Below, in pieces: positions 38,275 through 50,379 of a stretch of 64,000 bases of DNA. Numbering within the stretch: the first letter of the stretch is position 1; each line of letters starts with the position of its first letter. The position numbers and the translations under genes are program-made. Source of the stretch: Yuukianura sp. NJ FZ-2021 (lineage: Eukaryota); the NCBI GenBank assembly GCA_046563655.1, contig CM102284.1:6386001-6450000 (forward strand), written 5' to 3'. The notes under the pieces were generated by a model that was not told the origin of the DNA, searched no databases, and saw only the letters and a list, made by a program, of their open reading frames with translations.

Positions 38275-41200
38275 TTATACAATTGCACATGAACTTCCTT
38301 CGTCTTTCCCAGTTGTACTTCCATGTTCACTTTCGGATCGCAAGCTGTCATTGTCCCTTAAAACTCCATCACTACTCTCGTCACTTCCAGAATCAAGTGG
38401 CTTAGAAGCCCCAGTGCCATCCAATTTCTCAGTTGACATCACACTGGATTGACCTCCACTGCCTCCAGCCGCATTGCTCGCATTTAAAGTTGTTACACTT
38501 GACCTTCGACCTGGACTGACTCCTTGAAACGTTTTGACTCCACTTCCAGGAAACGGACTGGCTGCTATATGAAGTGGAGTGATTTCTGGCTGAGACAATT
38601 TTTTGGCCATCAGTGGATCCGTTTTTCTTCGACTGATTTCGGAATGGTGAGCAGCACCGGCAGGTTGTGAAGTACTGGAAGTAGCTTGTCCTTGAGCAGT
38701 AGTTGTCGCGAGTAGTTTAGATAAAAGTCCGCCTACTTGCGTGTTTATGCCGGAGATGAATCCTTTGTAGCCCATACTGTAAAGTAATTTTAAAATTCAG
38801 AATTCAGTTTCAAAAGTTTATGTTATTTTAGAAAAGTGAATCGCTGCAAGTGCTGTCTTACCATTGAGTGTTAGCCCACAAAGCCAAGTTCATTAGCCCG
38901 TCTCTCAAGTTCCGAATGAGTTCCGGTGACTGGTCTCTGGAAGAGTTGACAGTTCGTACTACTCCCAGAGCGTCTCGAAGCGCAATGGAAATTAACAACG
39001 ACCAGTCCAGCGCTCCTAAAATATGTTAATTAAACAATTTTTGGTACAATGACAAAAATTCCATAAAATTTTGGCATTACCAGCTTCCCACATAATTTGC
39101 TGCATAAATCTTAGCTCTACTGCACTTTTGGAAGAGTTGAGCATCGTCTGTCTGGAGCCTTCGGACAAATTTAACATGGGGAAGTAATCGCTGGGACTCA
39201 ACGGAGACTGATCCAAGATCATGCTTTCTTCGCTCAAGATACTCAGGGCATCAAATTCTGTAAAACAAAACCAAAATCATGAAAAATCCACCTTGAAATC
39301 AAAAACATTTTAGAAAAATCTACCTTGAGTTATTCCCAGAGTCATATTTGGCATTAATCGTGCTTCTATAGCTTGGTTTCCAGGGGTTGAATTGTACCCA
39401 CTATCCAGTCCATTCCTACTTCCAGCTCCAGGTCGATGACCTTGAATGTCAATTGTCAGGGGTTTCAGAGGCGATGTTCCTTCCGATGGAATTGGAAACT
39501 TCATAGAGTCATTTGAAGGAGTTCGACTATGTGTGTGTGGTGTAGCTACAAATTCTGGATACGGCCACTCGAATTGCGCATGGATCATTTTGACAGCCGC
39601 TACAAAGTCAACTACCATCACCGGTTTTCTTCGCTTCTCTTTTCTGAGCCAAGTGACTAAATGAAAGTCAAGATGAGCCGTTAGTTTTCCAAGGTCTCTT
39701 AACTTTCCTTCCGCTAGGATTTTCCTAGCATGCCGTTCAACTAGAGAGTCAATGTACAAGGACTCTCCACCAGTGAAATGTCCAATGTCATCTGAACTGC
39801 CACCAGAAGCTCCACCGGGAGAAGGTTCTGAAGTAAACTTGGTGTCAGTAGTGATTTGTCCACTGCTGGGTTGCATGACTGTCAAGGGGCCCTGAGTACT
39901 TGAACTTGAAGATTGATACTGATGAGGATGACTAGTGTTATTTCCTGAACTAATTCCAGCAGGATTCGGTGAAATGAGGGGCGCAGTAGTGCGACTATCG
40001 GTAGAATTTGTTCTGTTGACGGTATGATGCGGATGAGGTGAAATTTCTGAAAATTTTGGCACCGTGCTTGTACTGCTGGTTCGGTTTCGTGGAACTTGCA
40101 TCGTACCAAGAACCATGGAAATATCGAATTCATTTGGACTGACAGGCGGAGTTTGCATGTTGAATTTTGTTATGGACGCTCGGTGCGGTTCATGGGATTC
40201 GCTAGGTTCTGCAAAATAAATCAAAGTTTTTAGTCAAACTTTTTCCAAAAATCTGTCAAAAAACTGTTTTTCGTAGTTTCTTACCAATGGCTTTCAAGAA
40301 TCTAACCAAATCTTTGACCAAATCCCATTTCCGACTTTCCAGCGCCTTGTCCATTAGTTGAGTTGCAAACTTTTTGGAAACTAAAGGTGATTCCAAATTT
40401 TGAATTACCAGAAGATAAGTGGCAGCGATGTCCAGCTGGCCACGTTGAAGACATTCGTCGAAAAGAAGTCTTGGCCTTCCAGCTACTGAAAAAAGGTGTG
40501 GCCATAGTGCTAGTTCCGTTTTTCTTGCGCATTGTCCAACAGCTCTCAAATACACTGGAAATTCCTTCACAAATTCAATAACTGACGGCAAAAGGGCGTC
40601 CGGAATAGGTTCTTTGCTTGTGGCTTCTTCTTCCAGGACTTCGTGTAGGAGCAATTCCAGCGAATGCGGAAAATACGGAAGTTTTGAGCAGCTTCTGGCA
40701 ATTTCCCAGGCATAGTATCCTAGATTCCGTCGTATCAGTTGCCGCAGAATTTGATGCAGATAGACTTGACTCTAGGGGTTCAAAACACGTAAGTTTTTAG
40801 TACCACTACTAAAGTAACTACTAAAAAAAGTAGATACAACAAGGTTTCATTTTGACCTTGATTTTAAACTTACCGTTCTCTGAAGAATGCAAAATGGAAA
40901 AATTGCATTGGGAGCTCCGTAAGGATCAGGAGAATTTCCGGTAGTGTACGATAGAGAATCGTTTTCAGCTCCAAGAATTATTGCTTTCTCGAATAAAATC
41001 GCTGCAAGGTGTCAAAAAAATTCATCAGCATTCCTCTTTCAACATTTCACAAGTTAACGCTTACTTAGTGGATAAATAGACACTGGAAATCCCAGCATGA
41101 TCCGATTGGAAATGAAAGTGTGAACGGATGACTGTGATTTCTCTCTCAGCGGTAACCAAACTCTCATTTCTTGTCCACAGTAAAGCCAAAGTGCTTCACT

Positions 41201-44020
41201 CAAATATGGATTGTGATTGGCTGGAACAGTAGGTGTTTGTGGAGCTCTTGGAAGCCAAACCATTTCAACACAGGATGCCAGTACAGTAGGAGTTATGTAC
41301 TGCGGAGCATTTCCTTGGCTATTGTTTTCTTGAACTAGAAATTCGTGGTGGAGGATCATCAGTCGACCGGAGACGTTGATTATAACGCTGTGTTGCTGCG
41401 TCGGGTTATTTGAAGCTGAGAAAGAAGTTTTCAAGGTCGTCAGATAAACTGAAATGACGCATGCTGGATGGACACATAGAGCTCCGATGTCAATCGTTTG
41501 CAGACAGTCACAAGGATCTAATCAAAATGAAAAATTATCACATGTATCAGTATCACATGTTTTGGTTAAAAAATTGTTAAATTAGATTAAATTGTTAGAA
41601 ATGTCGTACCAATTGTTCCGTTTGTGGAAGTATCTGTGTTAAGATCAGCTCTCAATTGAAATATTGCTAATGTTGCATCAGCAGCAAACACCAGAAGCTT
41701 GTCTCTATCAATTGACAAGAGCATTATTTGGGACGGAAGACGCTTGGAATGAGCAAATCGATTATCGAGACGAGAATCCCTGGGATAAAACCGAATTTCA
41801 TCACGATCTTTCGGAATATCATAAACTGCAACGACGAGAAACGAATTCCACCACATCATGCCGCCAACTACGACAAAATCTCTTTCTTGAGCTTCGTTTC
41901 CAAATACTTTCCACTTTTTCTCAACAATTGAGTAGTGGGCCAGGCCATAACGACCGGAAACTGCAACATAAAGTCCTTCGGTGTCCATTGCAGTATACTA
42001 AACACAACAAAAACTTCCTTAGATAACGTTTTCAAATCGATTAATCAAAGTTTTTAAGTAAAAATCTATTACCCGAATTGGCCAATTTGTAGACAAGTAT
42101 GTATTTGGAACCATTACGACCACCCAGTTCTTGTTGTTTCCCAGAGGATTGACTTGTTCTTGCTTTCTACTCTTCGTGAGGCCGTATCCCTTTGATCCAG
42201 AACTTGGCACATGCGATTCTCCACTGAAACTGATGAGTAGTCGATCTTCACCTTGCAAGTACAAATGCTCGATTTGACTCATAGAAGGATTCACTGTTAG
42301 AGCACTCTTTACAAACGATAGGACACCAAATAGTCCAACACTGGCAGAAAGATTGCGCAGTTTCGAATTCGGAAGTGTTGGAGACACAGCTTCCCTCCTT
42401 ACAGCCAGGGGTATTTGAGTGGGAGATTCGGTCGGAGTTTTGTGGTGATTTGAGTAAGGATAAGCGGAATTCCGGCGACTTGTTTCCAGTGAAGTGTTTG
42501 GTTGCACGGCCATCCAAAGTTGGTAGCCTTCTGCAGCCCAGTCAAAGGAAGAAAGGACTTTCTGGGAGTAAGGTGACAAGTCACCGGTCCATGACCAGGA
42601 ACAAGTCAGCAAGGACCCAAATACTGACCACATTGCAAATCCACCCTTCTCCCAGGAAATAGCAATAGCACAACCATCTAAAAATAGAAACGATTGTTAG
42701 CAAAAAAAAATCTACGTTTTCAGTAAAAATTTAAGTTATAGTAACGATTTTGAACAATTCAATGTGTACTTGCCAGGAGTCCATGCCATGCTACGTACAG
42801 CTCCTGGTGAACCTGGGAAATCACGCGAGGACAACTTCAAGTTGAACAGATTTTGTAACGCACCAGTTTGATCATCTACGCCAAATACTGCCGTTTCGGC
42901 ATTCCTCCTTCCAAAGCTGAGAAGGCGATACTTGTGGTTGACATTTGAGCAAGTAGCATCGTCCAGATTCGGTGCCCAAATGCCCTGAACACTGTTGGGG
43001 TCATAACCTTTAGTTGTCGCAGTCAAGAAGGCTGCTCGACCATCAGAAAGAATCATGGAAAAACCACCAATGAGTGGTGAATAGTGAAGGTCAATGGGGT
43101 AAACATTTGGTTCCTATTTTTGAAAATTAGACTCTTATAAATTGGAATTCACAGCAAACTTCTTTTTGATTACTGGAACTTACAGTTATTGGAACTGCAC
43201 GAGAAGCTTGTTGGTCCAGAGAGAATGGAATTCTTCTGAGATCAATACAGTAGTCAGTGTTCACTGTTCCGTCCCACCGGTAGCGCATAACGTGATTCTC
43301 ATTAGTAGAAACCATCAGTTCATCTCGAAACAATGTCGCTGCTCCAACGATTTCCCCTTTCACGGCGACTTCTCTCAGCTAAAAAATTGACAAAATTAAC
43401 ACTGCAGATCCAACAGTCTAAAATAGTGACTTACCAGTTTGACACTGATGTCTGGAATTGGCTCCTTGAGGTACAACTCATCACTTTCTCGCTTGAGCTT
43501 CAAATTCTCAGGGTCAACTTGCTCGTAGACGCTATTGGCACCCGTCCCTAGGCCGTAAAACAAAAGGTAGCCGCTGCCAGTCTGAAAATTTATTAAACAC
43601 ATCCAGTTTATGTCAAGACTGTTATATAGCGTTACGAAATTTCTCCAGAGCCAAACCAGCCTAATGTAAATTAAACAAATTCATACCACTACGACGATTC
43701 CAGTAGAATCTTGCTTCCAAACTAAGGAAACGTTTTCTCCTAACTTTTCCACTGATTTGGCGCTCCGTTGATGACTGGCAACTGGTAGACAAGGCTAAAG
43801 AGACAAGGATAAACATCATTTTAGAAAAATACTGCCAGTACCTAGCATAAACTTTTGTCCAGCAGTATTCAATTACCTTGGAAGTCCATATTGACAGCGT
43901 TGAGCCAGTAAGTAGAGCAAAAATAATTTTGTCTCGATTTGCAGCAACATATGTAACGGGACTTGGAGGGTCAGCTTCAGGAACTCGAAGTATTTTTGGC
44001 CATCCGTATGAAAAATACAT
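38275..44020 (-). CDS. RIC1: RAB6A GEF complex partner RIC1 (Rich)
   Basis: MYFSYGWPK start, [53 protein letters not shown] and [10 protein letters not shown]. Confidence 0.95.
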
Positions 44021-44405
44021 TGCTGTCACTTACAAATCAACGTTCACTATTCTAATACTCGGTACCTGTTTTAGTGAAACTAAAATTAAAGTGTTAAGCT
44101 ATGCTAAGCTAAACTTTAAACTTTGATTCATTTTAGTACAACAGAAAAGAATATCAGAAATCAGATTCAAAATTTTATGAATTTTTGATTTTTCAAAAAA
44201 TTTTGAATTCTAAAATCTGTCACACTTGAACTTCCCGCCTTTCCGAATAACTGTTCCTTCCACATCATACTCTGAATTCATGCAACAAAAAAGAATCAGC
44301 TGATTTCACAAATTAGGGTAAAATAACGTCAATTACTAGAACTAACCTGTCTTATGCTTGAAGGTCAAACGTCATGTTTATTACTATAAATCTGTCGAAA
44401 AATAC

Positions 44406-45807
44406 CTATTCTTGGTCACTGGATTTCAACTTTGAACTAAGCTGGAGCGTCTCTTCTCGTAGACTTTTCAGTTTCGCTTGAATAAAGTCCGTAACGATTT
44501 TCCTTCTCTCCATTGCTGACTTCTCTTGAATACTAATCAGAATTTCGCGAATGTCGATAGGCTCCCCTACATTTATAAGCACTTCTTTGCCAAATCTGGG
44601 GATGTAAGGTGGATGATTCGGCAAAACATTTGCCATTCCTGAAACAATTTGAATTCAACATCATCATTTAATGCTTACAACGCTATGAATTCAAATTCAG
44701 TTTGTGGTCAAACCTTACCAGTATGCCAAAAAGGCAAGATATGCAAAGGCTTTTGACATTCCGTTAATATCCTTCCGATTCCCCACTTCAATCGATGAAG
44801 TTCTTGCCGCTCGGTATTTATCCTCCCTTCCGGAAAAATGTGTATCCAGTCACCAGCATTTACGCGTTCGATGGCTACAGAAAATTACAAATGCGTAAAT
44901 TAAGTTTAAAGTTGCAACACAAAAATTCATGGATTCCGAAATTGCTAACTTACCGAAGTCAACAGCCCGCTGATACACTCCACCTCCTCGAATAGTTGGT
45001 ACGCATTTTCCTAAACTGAATAGACTGCTTTCAAACTTTGACCGGAAACATATATCGTACGCTGCAAGGCTCCAGCGCATTTTCTTGTGGTCCGTTAATT
45101 GCTTAGCGTTCATGAAGGCAGCTAAAGTTAAAAAACACACTGATGTAAGTATGACATAATGCTTAGCCTAATCAGGTAGCGCATACGCAATAATTTCTTA
45201 CCAATCAACAGAGGATCATCGATACAGCTCTCGTGATTCGAAACTGTGACTAGAGCAGTTCCTTCCGGTCGATTGAAAATTGCATCCGCCATTCTCTGTT
45301 TGTTTACAATCCGTGTCCTGTTCATCCAACCTAAACCAAAACAAAATTGTCAAGCTTGGTGCTTTTAGGATTAATCAACTTTTATGATTACTTACTAAGC
45401 ACTGACTTGCCCCAAAGTCCAACCATGAATACTGTAAGTGTACTTCTAGCCTTCCAGAAGAAACCTGGCTTGTGAGGAAATGGCCACGTAAGGTTCATGT
45501 TTTGTTCTCGAACTGGTATGTTGCATATTGGAGGAAGCGGCTTCTTGGTTAACACAACTGCTGAGTAAGAGACTGGATTCGAGTCCAACGATTGTATAGC
45601 CACTGTTGTTTGTGATGGCTGTGAAGAATGGATTTTGGATGACAGCGGGATTGGCGACGATGAATTTGGCTCCTTATGCTTTTTGGCAGCTTCAATTGGT
45701 ACTGGTATCGGTATGGGGCTTCCTGCTGCACGGATCGATGGAATTTCTGTTCCCAGCTGAGAGGTCTTGATAAGTATTCTGGATACATTGTGCCCAATTT
45801 TCGACAT
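44406..45807 (-). CDS. TAZ: Tafazzin (phospholipid transacylase)
   Basis: LVTVSNHESCIDDPLL, MRWSLAAYDICF, GKCVPTIRGGGVYQ, WIHIFPEG and VLPNHPPYIP. Start is at 45807 or at the downstream MNLTWPFP. Confidence 0.93.
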
Positions 45808-46124
45808 GATTTACAGATTGACCTGACCTGGATAAACAAAACAAACAAGGTTAGACCCTCCTCTATGCTGAGAGGAGACTGAGAAATGAGAGAGGAACTT
45901 TCGCGGATATGAAAAAGTGAAATGTAAAAGAAGATTTGCGTCATGTTCGCGCGTTGAGAAACGTGAGAATTTTTGCATATGCCACTTTACGTAATTGAAA
46001 CAAAATACAACCTAACAACCCAACCCCAAAAGTTAAAGCAACAAACGTTATAATTTGAATCCTCGCAATAAGCTTTTAAAAACTACAAAAACTAAGGTAA
46101 AATTTTTAGGAAGTTTACCTTAGA

Positions 46125-48025
46125 TTATTCAGCTTTGTGCTTTTTTGATTTCTTCTTCTTTTTCTTCTTGTGCTTTGATTTTGAATGTTTCTTGGAACCA
46201 TGGGATGAGTGACGACGATGTGTAGAATTCGATCGTGAACGCGAACGTTCTCTGCGTGGTTCTTCATGTCTGGATTCTGACCTGTGTCGACTGATGCTTC
46301 TAGTCCTACTTCTTGATTTCCTTCTGCAGACGTTAGATCTTTCGTATGACCTTGATGTTGAAGTATTTTCTTCTTTGCGACGGTGTTTGGATACTTTGCA
46401 TACGCTAGAATCTTTACTACGTGCTGAATCTGGAAGTTGAACGCTTCGTGCGTGCTTCGGAGTATTCCATCTCTGCGTCGGTGGAGCTTCCCAGTCCCGG
46501 TCAGCAGCCAGGAATTCGGGCGTAGGATTTCGGAAAACGTGAAGATAGTTACAAGCCTTCCCTTTAAGACACACGCCGCGATTAAAGGCACCACAAATAG
46601 CAGTACGCCAATAATCGATTTTCACAAATCGCAGTGTAAGCTGCTTTCCGTTGTAGAATCGAGCGTTGAATTTCCGATAAGCCTAAAAACACACAGCGAA
46701 TCAGATTTTGCACGGTTGGTTAGTAAAAAATTTTTACAGATATTAGTAAACAAACTTACGTTGACCGATTCCTGAATATTTTTGTACTGAATGTACACAT
46801 TACCCCGAAGATGAGGCTCAAAATTACGACAAACCTTGAACTGTATAACTTCTCCGGATGTGCGAAATTCTGGTAAAACGTCTTCATAAAATGAGCTGTG
46901 AATATCAAAGGATACAGATAACAAAAAAATAAGGTGTGTTTGGAACTAATCTAACGTAAACTTACAGAAATTCCTTCCGCAAATCTGATTCTTCATACTC
47001 CAAGTTAGCGTCCCCATACTCTGAGCATTGCTCCAAGGAAATGTGTGTAAAGAAGTTTTCAATGAGTATTGTACTGCTTAAAGCCGGACTTGGGTGACGT
47101 CTGGAAGGAAATAAGTTTCATTCGTGACATTAAAATGCTAGTCTTTCGTTTTTTACACGTTCTCTGGGTTTGACCCACATTACTTTTTGCATCGCTCATA
47201 AAAACGACAAGCTCCAGTTCTAGAGAAATAAAGACATGGATCATCGTCTGCTCCGGTGCTGTCCGGCATCAGATATGGAAGCGGCGGAGTCTCAATATCC
47301 TGTCAAAGGTCAAACACAAATTATAGTGAACAACCCACCACCATTTTGATACGTTAACACTTACCCCGGAAAGAAATTCCAAAAGCTGGTTAAACTCGGC
47401 ATCCTGGTACGGATAGGTTGATTATAAAACGTTTGCGAGATTCCAAGAAGCATTGTTCCATTTGAGATATGAACGAACGAGTGACGACAAGGTTAAGGAA
47501 AATATTCAACATTTTCATCAAACTTTAAAAATAAATGTGTGCAGTAATAGGATATCTTAAAGCAAATTCCTTGGTTAAGCGTAACCTGTTTGTCCTGTTT
47601 TTCCTTTGCGAGTCGGTCCGCTTCCGCTTTCCGATGCGCTTCAGCTGCTTGCTGCGCTTCCCATTCTATTCGAATCCTTTCCTATTTTCAAAATAAATAG
47701 TTTAAAATCAATTTTATTCAATTTGTACTTATTGAAATTGAGTTACCTTTTCAGCAGCTTCTTCTTGTGCCAATCTTTCGGCTCTCTCTTTCTTGGCCTG
47801 GAACAATTTGTTAGACTGTCGTTCACGCTCCAGCCATGCTTCTTCTTCAAGGTCATGCCAGCGCTGTTCCTCTTGTAGTAACTCCAGACCCGCTTCCGAC
47901 GTATCTTCAAAATCCTCTGACGTTTTCGAGACTTGATTTTTTAGTTCCTCTGCCCTGGTTTGTCTAATTCTGGATCTGCGTAACTTCTTCACCTCTTTTC
48001 TCCACTGCCTTTTGTCCTTACCCAT
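46125..48025 (-). CDS. ZRSR2: U2AF35-related protein ZRSR2/Urp (minor and major spliceosome 3' splice-site factor)
   Basis: N-terminal coiled coil, CCCH CLYFSRTGACRFYERCKKRH, UHM FYEDVLPEF..FKVCRNFEPHLRGNVYIQY, second CCCH AICGAF..C.KGKACNYLH, RS/Lys-rich tail. Confidence 0.95.
47481..47555 (-). other. U12-type AT-AC intron nested in U2-type intron 47404-47585 of ZRSR2
   Basis: On the minus strand: 5' site ATATCCTAT at 47555, branch site TTTTCCTTAAC at 47502-47492, terminal AC at 47482-47481. Confidence 0.85.
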
Positions 48026-49001
48026 TTCGGAAGAGATATACAATCTTCAAATGCTTGATCGTTGATTTAATTAAGAAATTAATTAAAGTAATTGCAGCAA
48101 GCAACAAGTTTACTTTTTCGTTACTGATCAGCTGCTTCGTTCCTTTGTTTACTAAAAGTAACGGTAAAATTCAAATCCCGACGTGGGAAATTCGCGCGCT
48201 TTTTCACGCGACTCTAAACTTGAAAAACTTTCACTTTTACTTTCTCTTTTTCCGCTTTTTGCTCTTTTCTCCTTTAAAACTTTCTTCAAGTTTAGAAAAA
48301 AAGTGAAAGGTGAAAGGTCACTCCATATAAACCATTACATGCAATCAAGAATTCAACCTAGGTTAATAAGAAAAACTGTTTTTGTCTTTAATTTTTCAGT
48401 AATTAATTATAATAAGTGTAATTTCTGTTCAACTAACCAAACATTATTTACAAATCACAGCTTCACTCTTTCAACACAAAATTTAACGTCATATTCACAA
48501 CGCACTTGTAATGGACAATTAAAACAGGCCATTTGTATGATCAGCGATTATAAGTTAACAATTACTTTAGTATTTAGAATTAACATTTTTTCTACTTTTT
48601 CTGTGAGGTTTTATACTAAAGAGGAACAGTAAAGGTGATAAAAGTGAAAGTGATCAAGTCCATTATGTCAAACAGTTAACATTAATGGCTTGTCAATGAA
48701 ATGCATAAGTTTAATTATGATCGTAAATCTCTTGATTAATTTCGTCTAAGATTTTCCCCAACTTGGAATAGCATGATGGCATTTTTTGTGTGGAATAAAT
48801 TGTGATTTCAACTTCTTTTGGCAATTTATGAGGCGAAGAGTACCGTAGTAAAAGGCGTAATTTTTGTAGTAATTAAGACGAATGCTGAAGGCTTCTTTCT
48901 TTTATCTGTCAAGGGATATTGTTTGATTAATCTTTGAATTGTGGACGTCTTCCATCAATTATCACACACTGCAAAATTCCTCCTTCAAATTCTGACATGA
49001 T

Positions 49002-49666
49002 TCAGAGCAACTCCAGCTCATGCTTGCTGAAATTTGAACGAATTTTTAATTAAAGTGAAAATTTTTGAATTTTTAGCACAATTTTAATCTGACCTTTCAT
49101 TCTGTCTGGTTCTGTAGCGTTGAAACCATCCAATTGCGCCTACATACTGGCCACGGGTAGGCGATTTGTGCTCATCTGTAATTAAAAGTGTAACAGTAAA
49201 TGTGTAAGGTACTTAAAAATTTCGCTAAAATTAATTGCAAACTTAATAGTACCGATTTAATTCGGAAATTGAATCCATGTTTCAAAAGCCTTGCTACAAT
49301 GAGTTTTTCTCCCGATTTTGGACATTACCTGTATTTGAATGTCTGTGGCCTAATCTTCCTTCATTTCGCTTTTTCCGTGAGGCAAAATAGCAAAGCTGCA
49401 ACAGAAACAAAAAAAAATTGAAAATTTCAAAAATTTTGAAAACAGGATTCAAAGAAAGTTACCTCAACATGTAATTTCTCTTCCCTACTTTTACTACTAA
49501 AGTAGCTTCAGAAGTTTTTCAATTTTTAAGAATAATGCAACATATTTTTTATGGTTTATCCATAAAACTAAGCAAAAAATAATACGAAAATTGTGTTTAC
49601 CAGTAGAAAGAAGATGAGCCAGAAGAGAGCAAAGGCCGCAATGACTATGAATTCAATGGACTTCAT
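49002..49666 (-). CDS. Small single-pass membrane protein (~80 aa), orphan
   Basis: Four short exons with canonical sites join in frame to MKSIEFIVIAAFALFWLIFFLLLCYFASRKKRNEGRLGHRHSNTDEHKSPTRGQYVGAIGWFQRYRTRQNESKHELELL. Confidence 0.6.
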
Positions 49667-50379
49667 TATCCAATCTCCAATTAACTTTCCAATTCGAAAC
49701 TAACACACAGTAGTTACACAAAGTTGCACAAAATAACTTTCTAGAAAGCTCCTACACTACTCTAGGAACTCACAAAATTGCAACAGCATCTGTGACCTTG
49801 TGACCTTTTCTACTTATTAAGTTAGGTCAACTTTTTCTAAACTCTACTTTTTCCGAAAACTACCAAACTTTGTACCTTCGGAGCACTGCAATTGTTGGTT
49901 GACTTGGCACGACGACTTCTTCGGTGACACTAAAGTGCTAAAAAGTTATTAAAGGAAGACAGGGAAAGTGAAAGTGAAAGGAGGACTAATAATTACTACG
50001 AAGAGAAATTGGCTATGTTCCTTCTACATGCGGACACAACTGGTTATGCTCCCATGTCGCACGGAAGTGGATTCTGAAGTGTTGCTGGAGATGGTGAGAA
50101 GTTCTGGTTCCAAATTATGTTCTACCTAACCAAGCAAGCAACCACAAGTCGAGTGGACTTTCGGTTGCTTGTGCTCGTCAAGTCCCCAAAGGCACCGTGA
50201 AATGCCCGCCAGAAACCAACTTAGTCATTTCCCCAACCTCTCCTCACTTTTTCCCACACGGAACATCAAAGAAATGAACACGATTCGCACTTTCTCTTTT
50301 CCCAACAAGTGAAAGCTTTCTCTCCCTCTCTTTTAGTCTACTTTTTATGCTCTGCACAGTAAATTGTTCTTGGTAGACA

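Noticed and set aside
44020-48025. Operon-like tandem packing of ZRSR2-TAZ-RIC1 (spacers ~320-390 bp)
   Set aside because: The spacing is typical of this compact genome and there is no evidence of trans-splicing.
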